From: Polyangia bacterium
GTDB lineage: Bacteria; Myxococcota_A; Polyangia; Fen-1088
Direction: 5' to 3'
Assembly (NCBI GenBank): GCA_036494575.1
Contig: DASXOE010000092.1
Location: 1,732-65,731, forward strand
Length of the DNA: 64,000 nt
The first letter of the stretch is position 1. Every line of letters starts with the position of its first letter. The position numbers and the translations under genes were made by a program. Under the pieces are notes generated by a model that was given only the letters and a program-made list of their open reading frames with translations, did no database searches and was not told where the DNA came from. This document shows positions 27,158-34,735 of the stretch, one piece after another.

Positions 27158-28172
27158 GCACGGCCTCGCCGAGCACGAGGGGACGCGACGGCCAGCTCTC
27201 GATCTCGACACGCCGGCCCCAGGCGGGGACCTGCGGCGCGACGCGCGCCCGGATGGGCACCTCCTCGATCTCGGGCGCGATGGCGGCGACGCGCCCGTCC
27301 CAGCGCCCGCTGAAGAACGCCTGCCCGCGCAGCCGCACGGCGCGCCCCACCTCGACCTTGGCGATCTCCCGCTCCGGGACCCAGCACAGCACGCGGCCCG
27401 GCCGGCCGGTCGCGATGCGCACGAGCTCGGTCGCCGCGGGGACGACGTCGCCCGCGTGGTGCAGGATGAGCGAGACGACGCCGTCGGCGCGCGCGCGCAC
27501 CGTCGCTTCGTCGAGCGCGAGCTGCGCGAGCTTGACCGACTCCTCGCTCATGCGCGCGGCCTCGCGCAGCGGCGCCAGGCGGCGGTCGAGGTCGGAGGCG
27601 GCGGTCGCGCCGCCCTGGGTCCGGCCGAGGCCGGCGCGGCGCGCCTTCGTGGCCGAGTCGAGCACGGCGAGGCCGGCGTTCAGGCCGGCCTCCTTGAGCT
27701 TCTCCTGCTCGACGTCGCGCGCCTGGACGAGCTGCTCGCTCTCGAGCTTCTGGAGTCGCTCGAGCTGGCGGTGGACCTCGGCGAGCTGCGCGCGGTCGCG
27801 CGTCTGAGTCGACTGCAGACGCAGCACGAGCAGCTCGGCGCGCGCCGTCGCCGCGATGGCGACGACCTCCCCGGCGCCGAGCTCGGCCTGGGCGCGCGCG
27901 AGCGCGAGCCGGGACGTCTCGAGCTGAATCTGCAGCGCTTTAGTGTCCATGACGGCGACGACGTCGCCCGCCTTGACGGCCTGGCCGATCTCGACGGCGA
28001 CGCGGTCAACGCGCCCGGCCGCGAGTGTCGCCGCGGGCGCGTCGATGTCCTCCGTGTAGCCGCGCGCGCCGAGCGTCCCGGCGGCGCTGCCGCCGTGGGA
28101 GAGGACCCAGAACAAACCGCCCGAGGCGGCGATCGCCAGCGGGGCCGCGATGCGTGCGCGCGAGCGCGTCAT
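27144..28172 (-). CDS. HlyD-family periplasmic adaptor (membrane fusion protein)
   Basis: N-terminal TM anchor (IAAPLAIAASGGLFWVL) and a lipoyl-like hairpin (GRVDRVAVEIGQAVKAGDVVAVMD ... ADGVVSLILHHAGDVV). A long coiled coil lies between them, followed by a C-terminal beta-barrel segment. Confidence 0.85.
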   Translation of the reverse strand: MTRSRARIAAPLAIAASGGLFWVLSHGGSAAGTLGARGYTEDIDAPAATLAAGRVDRVAVEIGQAVKAGDVVAVMDTKALQIQLETSRLALARAQAELGAGEVVAIAATARAELLVLRLQSTQTRDRAQLAEVHRQLERLQKLESEQLVQARDVEQEKLKEAGLNAGLAVLDSATKARRAGLGRTQGGATAASDLDRRLAPLREAARMSEESVKLAQLALDEATVRARADGVVSLILHHAGDVVPAATELVRIATGRPGRVLCWVPEREIAKVEVGRAVRLRGQAFFSGRWDGRVAAIAPEIEEVPIRARVAPQVPAWGRRVEIESWPSRPLVLGEAVHVRF

Positions 28173-28196
28173 GGCGAGCAGCTCATGGCGAGCCTC

Positions 28197-28850
28197 TCAT
28201 GGCTCAAGCGACGAGTCCTGCATGAGAAGGGTGGCGCCCGTGAGGCCCGGCAGCGCGTTGAGCTCGCGCAGGAGCGCGGCCCCCGCCTTGGGATCCGCGA
28301 ACTGGACCTGGTACGAGTGCTCGTAGATGCCGTGCCCCGCCTCGCGGAGGTTCACGAGCAGGAAGCGCCGGCAGTGCTGTTCGAGCAGCTCGACGAAGGC
28401 CCGCTGCTCGGGCGAGCTCGCCGGCATGCGGATGCGCAGCACTGCGTCCGACTGGCGGTGCGTGCCGAACGACGTTACGTGCAGGAACCCGACGGCGGCG
28501 GCGAAGACGCCCGTGCCGATCACGGCGACGGCGTAGCTCTGCACGCCGCAGGCGACGCCCGAGGCCAGACCCGCGAAGACGAACATGAGATCGCGCGTGT
28601 CCTTGATCGTCGTCCGGAACCGCACGATCGTGAGGGCGCCCACGACGCCGAGCCCGCGCGCGACGTCGTCGCCGATGGCCAGCATCACTGACGCCGAGAT
28701 GATGCCCCCGAGCGCGAGGCTCTGGGTGAACCCGCGCAGGTAGGACAGGCCGGCGTGCGTCGCCGAGTACAACCAGGCGACGACCACCGAGAGCGCGAAT
28801 GCGAGCGAGAGCGAAGCGAGGGCCGTGTCCCAAGCGATGCGTTGTTCCAC
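28197..28850 (-). CDS. DUF4956-type integral membrane protein
   Basis: The GTG start at 28850 directly abuts the VTC stop codon (TAG at 28851-28853). Has about four hydrophobic segments, the hallmark GALTIVRFRTTIKDTRDLMFVF, and a ~80-aa soluble C-terminal domain. Confidence 0.75.
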   Translation of the reverse strand: MEQRIAWDTALASLSLAFALSVVVAWLYSATHAGLSYLRGFTQSLALGGIISASVMLAIGDDVARGLGVVGALTIVRFRTTIKDTRDLMFVFAGLASGVACGVQSYAVAVIGTGVFAAAVGFLHVTSFGTHRQSDAVLRIRMPASSPEQRAFVELLEQHCRRFLLVNLREAGHGIYEHSYQVQFADPKAGAALLRELNALPGLTGATLLMQDSSLEP

Positions 28851-29747
28851 CTAGTCGGTCTCCCCCGCGAGGTCCCAGGCCATGGCGTCCACCATGGGTT
28901 GATCGAGCAGCGTGCGCACGGCGGCGACGTACTTCGAGTAGCCCACGCGCCACATGTCGAGCCGGTTGACGAGGTGATTCATCCAGGCGGGCGCGACGCG
29001 CGGAAACTTGAGCTCAATCATCGTGTGGGCGCCATGTTGTCCGTGCTGGTCGTAGCCGTCGATGGGGATCCAGCCCTTGGGATCGCCGTGCAGCGACCAG
29101 CCGCGCGCGCGCTGGAAGCAGATCTCGCGGTCGAAGGTCAGGCGAACGTCCTCGCGCGGATCAGCCGTGCAGTACGACTCGCGATGCGCCCGCACGAGCA
29201 CACACGGCCGCGCGTCGGTGACCGTCTGGAGGTAGAGGAACGTCTCGAGGTGCCGCCGCTCGTCCCACGGCAGGCTGGCCGGCAAGGCGTCGTAGGTGCC
29301 CTCGAGGAGCGCGGCGGCGTCCACCATGGCGACGGCCGAGCGGGTCTTGACGGTGATGGCGTTGATCTTGCGCTTGGTCTCGAAGAAGGCCAGGTTGCCC
29401 GGCACCTCACCGTAGGCGCGCACGCGCAGCTTGTAGCGGTCGGCCGCCCCGTCGACGTGTGTCTGGTACGCGTCGAGGCGCGCCGTCTCGAGGTAGAGCG
29501 TCGTGTTGTACTGCTGGAGCAACCCGTCCCTGACGTTGAACGGGTCGACGACGAGGTACGGCCGCGCGTACTCGACGACCTCGCCGCAGATCTCGGTGGG
29601 CACCCAGTATTTGAGCTCGAACCGATCGAGCTCGCGCGCGTGGAAGTCGACGATCGCCCTCGAGAGGAGCTCGTCCTCCTCTCGGGTGGGCGCCGCGTCG
29701 GTCGCGCCGCGGGCGGCCGACCACACGAGGGCGAGCTTCGAGCTCAC
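28851..29747 (-). CDS. VTC-domain (polyphosphate-polymerase-type, CYTH-like triphosphate tunnel) protein
   Basis: The GTG at 29747 overlaps the upstream stop (GTGA at 29744-29747), with GGGAGG just upstream. No signal peptide. Tunnel-strand motifs present: RFELKYWV, TTLYLET, KLRVRAYG, FFETKRK, VKTRSAV, RESY, RLTFDREI and MIELKF. Confidence 0.75.
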   Translation of the reverse strand: MSSKLALVWSAARGATDAAPTREEDELLSRAIVDFHARELDRFELKYWVPTEICGEVVEYARPYLVVDPFNVRDGLLQQYNTTLYLETARLDAYQTHVDGAADRYKLRVRAYGEVPGNLAFFETKRKINAITVKTRSAVAMVDAAALLEGTYDALPASLPWDERRHLETFLYLQTVTDARPCVLVRAHRESYCTADPREDVRLTFDREICFQRARGWSLHGDPKGWIPIDGYDQHGQHGAHTMIELKFPRVAPAWMNHLVNRLDMWRVGYSKYVAAVRTLLDQPMVDAMAWDLAGETD

Positions 29748-31912
29748 GGGCCTCCCGTGTCGCTCGAGACATCCGAGCCGCGCCCCGGGTAGGGACGCGC
29801 CTGCTTGATGTAGAGCGTCGCCGGCTGGCCGGGCGCGGCCTCGTCGTCGAACTTGAACTCGCAGTCCATGGCGTAAAACCCGTTGTTGCCGGCCGCCGGC
29901 CCATAGGCGGCGGCGAAGCGCGTGTGGATCGCGTCGAGCGCGACACCCAGCTGGTGCGTCTGCGTCGTCGTGAGCACGGCGGTCGAGATGAGGTTGGAGT
30001 GCGCGATGAACGTGATGGGCTGGTTCGGCTCGTTGAAATAATAAATGAACTGATCGCTCGTGACGCCGGCGGGCGGATGCACGACCTCGGCGTCGCCGCC
30101 CGCCTGGACGTTGACGTAGAAGGCCGGGTCGAGCCCGCTGTCGTCGAAGGGGTTGGACGTGATGGCGACGCCGTTCGCCTCCTCGTCGGCGAAGTTGTGG
30201 TGAACGAGCAGCGCCATGCCCACGGCGTTGTGGTCGATGCCGTAGTAGCTGCGCTCCTCGAAGGTGCGGAAGAGCCACGCGCTCGCGTAGGCCTCGCGGA
30301 TGGCGTCGAGCACCGACGGCCATTTCGCCGGATCGCCCGTATGCGACTCGTAGCAGCCCGCGCACGGGAAGCCGTCCAGGTCCTCGCTGTTCGTGCTCGT
30401 GCGGAAACGCATGGTCGTGCCCGGGTAGTCCGCCGCGAGCTTCGCCATGAGGGTGGTCTGGAAGGCGGCGTCGATCGGGGCCGCGAGCATCGCCGTACGC
30501 AAGTCTGTGAGCTTCTGCTCCCGCACCGTGGCGTCGCTGCTGAACGCGGGGTCCGCGATGAGCGCCGTGACGCGGTCGTAAAAGCCGTTCTGCTTCATGA
30601 ACTGGTCGTAATAATAGATCGGAATTGCAAACGCTTTGAGGATGGGGACGTCCGGAGTCCGGACGAGGATCGAATATTGTGCCGCCTTGCCGCCAAAGGC
30701 CTGTACGGAGGTCTTGATGGCGTCACGAAGAGAACCGCCCGCCGGGGGCTCGGGCGTGACGTCCTCGACGTTCGTCAGCGCGGTCACGTCCAGGTTCACG
30801 AGCGGCAGCGTGATGGGGGCCGGCTTGTGCGCCGCCCAAAACGCCTCCGCGTCGGCCTCGGTGACCTCGCGCACGCTCCAGGCCGAAGCCCCGACCTGCA
30901 GCTCGACCAGCTTTCCCTCTAGGGCGCGGAGCTCCGGGTTCGTCACGGCGTTGCGCAGCCCCATGTTCGGCGTGTGGCGATTGGCCGACAGGACGTTGAC
31001 GTGCGACAGCGGCGTCTGGAACTCCTGCGTGATGAGACCCTGCACGACGGTGATGTCGTTGGGCGCCTCGTCGAGGACGGCGATGTCCTGAAAGGACAGC
31101 GTCGCCGTGTCGAGGTTGGCCGTCTGGACGAAGCGCAGGCGGCCGATCCCCGAGGCGAGCGTCAGCGGCTGGTAGTCGATCTTGGCGTAGAGGTCGTCCG
31201 TCGTCGCGATCTTGACGGCGGCCGGAAGGAGCTTTGCTTGCTGGCTCACGGCCTCGGACGTCGGGTGCACGACGAGGGCCGGGCCGAAGAACGCCTTGGC
31301 TTTGACGGCGTCGTAGAGCGTCTGGATCATGGCGGCCGAGGCCGTGTCGTAGGGGGCGAGCTCGAGCGCCCAGACGTCGGGCTCCTCGTAGTAGGTGACC
31401 GCGCCCAGGATGAACCGCCGGTCGGGTTTGTAGTACTCGGTGGCGTTGAAGTCGGCGAGGGCGCCGACGATGGGGAGCCCGTTCCCCGACAGGTGCGTCG
31501 ACGCGAACTGGTAGTGGACCTGGTAAAGGACGCTGTTCTGGAAGTAGATGGCGTTGCCGTCCGCCTGGTCGAGCACGACCTTGACGGAGCGGGCGCCCGG
31601 CAAGCTGACGTCGAGCGGCGCCGAGGCGAGCGCTTGGAAGTCAGAAGTGCAGCCGATCTCGCGCAAGAACTGGGTGGCCGAGGCGGCCTTCGCGCCCGCG
31701 TCGCCGGTGTCGCCGGCGTCGCCCGCAGCGTCGGCGTCGGCGTCATTTTGGCCGGCGTCCAAGACACCGCCCGCGTCGGCGGCGATCTGGCAGACACCCT
31801 CGACGACGACTGGCTTGGCGGGCGCCGTGGCCTTGCCGCCGCCGCAGCCGACCAGCGCGCCGAGCGCGAAGGCGAGCCGAGTGAGCCGGTCATGCCGAGG
31901 AATCGTCGTCAT
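29744..31912 (-). CDS. lipoprotein with PEP-utiliser swivel-His-like domain followed by PPDK_N (PEP/pyruvate-binding ATP-grasp) domain
   Basis: The ATG at 31912 overlaps the upstream stop (ATGA at 31909-31912). Lipobox LGALVGCGGG. The central DIAVLDEAPNDITVVQGLITQEFQTPLSHVNVLSANRHTPNMGL resembles the phosphohistidine mobile domain. The C-terminal FGGKAAQYSIL ... RFRTSTNSEDL ... MALLVHHNF ... ANGVAITSNP is PPDK_N-like. Confidence 0.75.
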   Translation of the reverse strand: MTTIPRHDRLTRLAFALGALVGCGGGKATAPAKPVVVEGVCQIAADAGGVLDAGQNDADADAAGDAGDTGDAGAKAASATQFLREIGCTSDFQALASAPLDVSLPGARSVKVVLDQADGNAIYFQNSVLYQVHYQFASTHLSGNGLPIVGALADFNATEYYKPDRRFILGAVTYYEEPDVWALELAPYDTASAAMIQTLYDAVKAKAFFGPALVVHPTSEAVSQQAKLLPAAVKIATTDDLYAKIDYQPLTLASGIGRLRFVQTANLDTATLSFQDIAVLDEAPNDITVVQGLITQEFQTPLSHVNVLSANRHTPNMGLRNAVTNPELRALEGKLVELQVGASAWSVREVTEADAEAFWAAHKPAPITLPLVNLDVTALTNVEDVTPEPPAGGSLRDAIKTSVQAFGGKAAQYSILVRTPDVPILKAFAIPIYYYDQFMKQNGFYDRVTALIADPAFSSDATVREQKLTDLRTAMLAAPIDAAFQTTLMAKLAADYPGTTMRFRTSTNSEDLDGFPCAGCYESHTGDPAKWPSVLDAIREAYASAWLFRTFEERSYYGIDHNAVGMALLVHHNFADEEANGVAITSNPFDDSGLDPAFYVNVQAGGDAEVVHPPAGVTSDQFIYYFNEPNQPITFIAHSNLISTAVLTTTQTHQLGVALDAIHTRFAAAYGPAAGNNGFYAMDCEFKFDDEAAPGQPATLYIKQARPYPGRGSDVSSDTGGP

Positions 31913-32925
31913 GGCGTCAGCGAGAAGCAGAAAAAGCCGCCGTACCCGCCACCCGCGCCCACCGTGATCGTTCCCTTGGGCGGGCCTCCCATCTCGACGA
32001 GGTTGACGCCCGGCGCGCAACCCGCCTCGTCGAGAGCAGACATCCAGCCGACGCCGCTCCCCTGGCGCGGCCACGAGTGGCCGACGCGCGGCTTCCCCTC
32101 CGTGCCGGTCGCGGCCGTCCAGTCTGCGCACGTCGCGGTCGCGCCGTAGAGCTGCCCCATGTTGTTCGTGCCCGTGAGGAAATCGTGGTTGTCGACCTGG
32201 CCCTTCGTCGGATCCGGCGCGTGGTTGGGAACGCCGTCCTCGTTGGGAAAGTCATTGGCGATCGCGGGATCGGCGTTGTGCGGGCGATCGAAGAGCAAGT
32301 CGGCCTTCGTGAGCGCGAACGTGCGCCCCAGCCGGTCGTACCAGGGCCCGTTGCCGACCCGATCGACGGCGTTGACCTGCTTGCCGTCGTCTCCTTTGAC
32401 CGCGCTCAGGAAGGCGCGCCATGGCTTGCCCCCGGCGCCCGGCATGCTCGTCTCGGCGATCGCCGCGCAGATCTTGTCGGCGCCGCGCAGGCCGGCGCCC
32501 GCGCCGGTTTCGCCGAAGCGGAGGTCGCCGCCGAAGCCGACGTCACTCTTCGAGAGCGCCTGGAGCGCCGCGAGGCTCGTGACGAAGAAGCTGAACTTCG
32601 CCGTCGGGATCGCCGTTTCCGCGCCGACGTCCGCGCGCGCGTCCACCGGATCGACCCCGCCACCCGCGCGCCCGCTCGCCGCGCCGGCCAGCCCGCTCGT
32701 TCCGCCGCCCGCGCCCGCGCCACCCGCCGCGCCGGCTGCGCCCATGGAGCCGGCGGCGCCTGCGGCGCCGCCCGTTCCGGCGGCCTGCATGCCCGCCGCA
32801 CCCGCCGCGCCTGCGCCTCCCGTGGCACCGCCGCCGCTGGGTCGAGAGGTCGCGCCTCCGACGCACGCGGCCGGTACGAAGAAGCCCATGCTGACCGAGA
32901 ACACGATGCTGAGATTCCGGCTCAT
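31909..32925 (-). CDS. DUF1554-like (lectin-fold-like) lipoprotein, paralog A
   Basis: ATG at 32925, lipobox-like VPAACVGG, and a Gly/Ala-rich linker. The core FSFFVTSLA...GGDLRFGE...GADKICAAIAETSMPGAGGKPWRAFLS...GNGPWYDRLGR...NEDGVPNH...GGGYGGFFCFSLTP is clearly homologous to the 36948-37946 product. Confidence 0.7.
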   Translation of the reverse strand: MSRNLSIVFSVSMGFFVPAACVGGATSRPSGGGATGGAGAAGAAGMQAAGTGGAAGAAGSMGAAGAAGGAGAGGGTSGLAGAASGRAGGGVDPVDARADVGAETAIPTAKFSFFVTSLAALQALSKSDVGFGGDLRFGETGAGAGLRGADKICAAIAETSMPGAGGKPWRAFLSAVKGDDGKQVNAVDRVGNGPWYDRLGRTFALTKADLLFDRPHNADPAIANDFPNEDGVPNHAPDPTKGQVDNHDFLTGTNNMGQLYGATATCADWTAATGTEGKPRVGHSWPRQGSGVGWMSALDEAGCAPGVNLVEMGGPPKGTITVGAGGGYGGFFCFSLTP

Positions 32926-32960
32926 CAGAATCGTCGGGGCTCGTCGCGGCGGCCCGGCGC

Positions 32961-34016
32961 CTACTTGCATTGCAGATCCGTCTGGCAGGTTTGCCCGGTC
33001 GGGCAGTCGCCATCCGCCGTACAGGACGTGAGCCCAGGTATCTGGACATTGCGGTCGAGGGACTCCGACAGCTCGAGCTCGACGCGCCCCGGGGCGATGA
33101 GGGTCGAGCCCACGGAGATGCGCGTGAACGTGAACGACGGGTAGCCCGCGTAGCCGAGGTTCAAGAGCTGTGTCACGAGCGCCGCCGAGATCGTCAATGA
33201 GCCCGAGTCGGCGGCGTCGCAGTCGATCTCGCCCTTGAGCCCGCCGTGGTGGCTGATGTCCACCCGCAGGTGAACGGTCGACGTGGCGCCCGCGCCCGCC
33301 GCCGCCCAGGTCAACGTGAAGCTCTGGTTCTTCTCGAGGGTGAAGACGTTGCCCGTGAGCGCGAGCGGCGCGATGCCCTTGGCGTGGGTCGAGAACGGCC
33401 CGTACGCGCCGCCCGTCGCCGAAACGGCGATGTCATCTCCTTCGGCAAACGGTGGGTAAGCCGGCGTCTGATCGGCCGGCGGCTGATACGTCTTGTTGAC
33501 GTACGTCAACGTGAGCGGGGGGGCGCCCGCCTGCTTCGCCACGCCAGTCAGGGTCACGGCGCCGACGTCTTGGTTGGTTCCGTAGCTCGCGCAGGTGTCG
33601 TCGGCCACGCAGACCCCTTGTCCGCACGACGTCGCGCAGAAAGGAACGTGCGGCTTGAAAAGCGCGCAGTCGCCGTCCTTGGCGGCCTGGACGAGCGGCA
33701 CCATGACCGGATCCGCGTGGTCCTTCACGCTGCCGATGATCGCCGTGTAGGCCGGGCTGCCGTTCAATGGTTCCTTGAGCGCGACGACGAACGTTCCGAC
33801 GACGGCGTTGCCGTCGCCGGACGTCGCGCCGTCGTTGGACGCCATCGCGCCAGCGGCCCCGTCCATTCCCGCGCCCGTCGCACCCGCGGCACCGGCGGCC
33901 GGGCCTGCTCCAGCGCCCCCAGAGCAGCCCGCGCCGACCGTCCACCCGGCGAAAAGGATGGCGGCGAGGATTCCCTTCCCGGCGCGGGGAAGAGCGTCAC
34001 AAAAGGCGGGTGACAT
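32961..34016 (-). CDS. hypothetical lipoprotein
   Basis: ATG at 34016. Lipobox TVGAGCSGG, a Gly/Ala linker, a ~270-aa beta-rich domain, and a Cys-rich tail CTADGDCPTGQTCQTDLQCK. Confidence 0.65.
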   Translation of the reverse strand: MSPAFCDALPRAGKGILAAILFAGWTVGAGCSGGAGAGPAAGAAGATGAGMDGAAGAMASNDGATSGDGNAVVGTFVVALKEPLNGSPAYTAIIGSVKDHADPVMVPLVQAAKDGDCALFKPHVPFCATSCGQGVCVADDTCASYGTNQDVGAVTLTGVAKQAGAPPLTLTYVNKTYQPPADQTPAYPPFAEGDDIAVSATGGAYGPFSTHAKGIAPLALTGNVFTLEKNQSFTLTWAAAGAGATSTVHLRVDISHHGGLKGEIDCDAADSGSLTISAALVTQLLNLGYAGYPSFTFTRISVGSTLIAPGRVELELSESLDRNVQIPGLTSCTADGDCPTGQTCQTDLQCK

Positions 34017-34148
34017 CTTGGTAACAACTCTGTGCCGCGAACGTGGCGTACGTCGACGAAAAAAACGGCCCCCCGACCCTGAAATGACGATTCTCAGAGA
34101 GAATCCAGGCACCTGACCGCCCGTGGGAGCCGATCCGGGGCCGCGAGC

Positions 34149-34667
34149 CTAGAGGTTGGCCTTGCCCTCGGTGGGGGTCGTCCGGACGAAGCTGCCGGTC
34201 CCGTCGGGCAGGCGCCCCCACGACTTGTCGGCGGGGACGTCGGTCCCGAAGATCGTCGAATCGATCTCGGTGCCGCTCCGGTCGAGGAGGTGAACCTCGT
34301 CTCCTTTTTTCGAGCTGAGCTTCCACGGCACGTGCACGCCGCCGTCGACGCCGCCGTCGGCCTGGTCGTCCGCGTAAATGACGAGGTAGCCGCCAGCGTC
34401 GATCGACGCGCCCCCCGGGAGCGCGAAGAGGTCGGCGAGGGCCTGGTCGCGCACGCGGTAGCCCGACAGGTCGACGGCCGCGCCCGTCAGATTCTTGAGC
34501 TCGACCCAGTCGGGATCGGAGACCGACGTTCCGTTCGGGAACGCCTCGTTGATGACGACGGCCTTGCCGGCCGTGCCGTTACCCGCGTCCTGCGTGCCCG
34601 AGGCGCTCGAGCAGCCCGCGCCGCAGCCCAAGGCGATCGTGATGACAGCCACCGCCAGCCTGCTCAT
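34149..34667 (-). CDS. lamin-tail-domain (LTD) lipoprotein
   Basis: ATG at 34667 with lipobox ALGCGAGC. VVINEAFPNGTSVSDPDWVELKNLTGAAVDLSGYRVRD ... GGYLVIYAD ... GDEVHLLD is the classic LTD pattern. Confidence 0.8.
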   Translation of the reverse strand: MSRLAVAVITIALGCGAGCSSASGTQDAGNGTAGKAVVINEAFPNGTSVSDPDWVELKNLTGAAVDLSGYRVRDQALADLFALPGGASIDAGGYLVIYADDQADGGVDGGVHVPWKLSSKKGDEVHLLDRSGTEIDSTIFGTDVPADKSWGRLPDGTGSFVRTTPTEGKANL

Positions 34668-34735
34668 GCGCTGCACAGTGCTGTCTGTACCGCGAACCAC
34701 GGCCCATGTTGCAAAAAAGTTTCGGAGGCCCCGGT

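Noticed and set aside
34059-34105. 7-bp inverted repeat GATTCTC-aga-GAGAATC (34089-34105) and a T7 tract on the minus strand (34059-34065), considered as a terminator between the LTD gene and the downstream lipoprotein gene.
   Set aside because: The stem is AT-rich and short, and it is separated from the T-tract by about 25 nt. It is too weak to call, so it leaves open whether the LTD/phosphoesterase genes are co-transcribed with the VTC operon.
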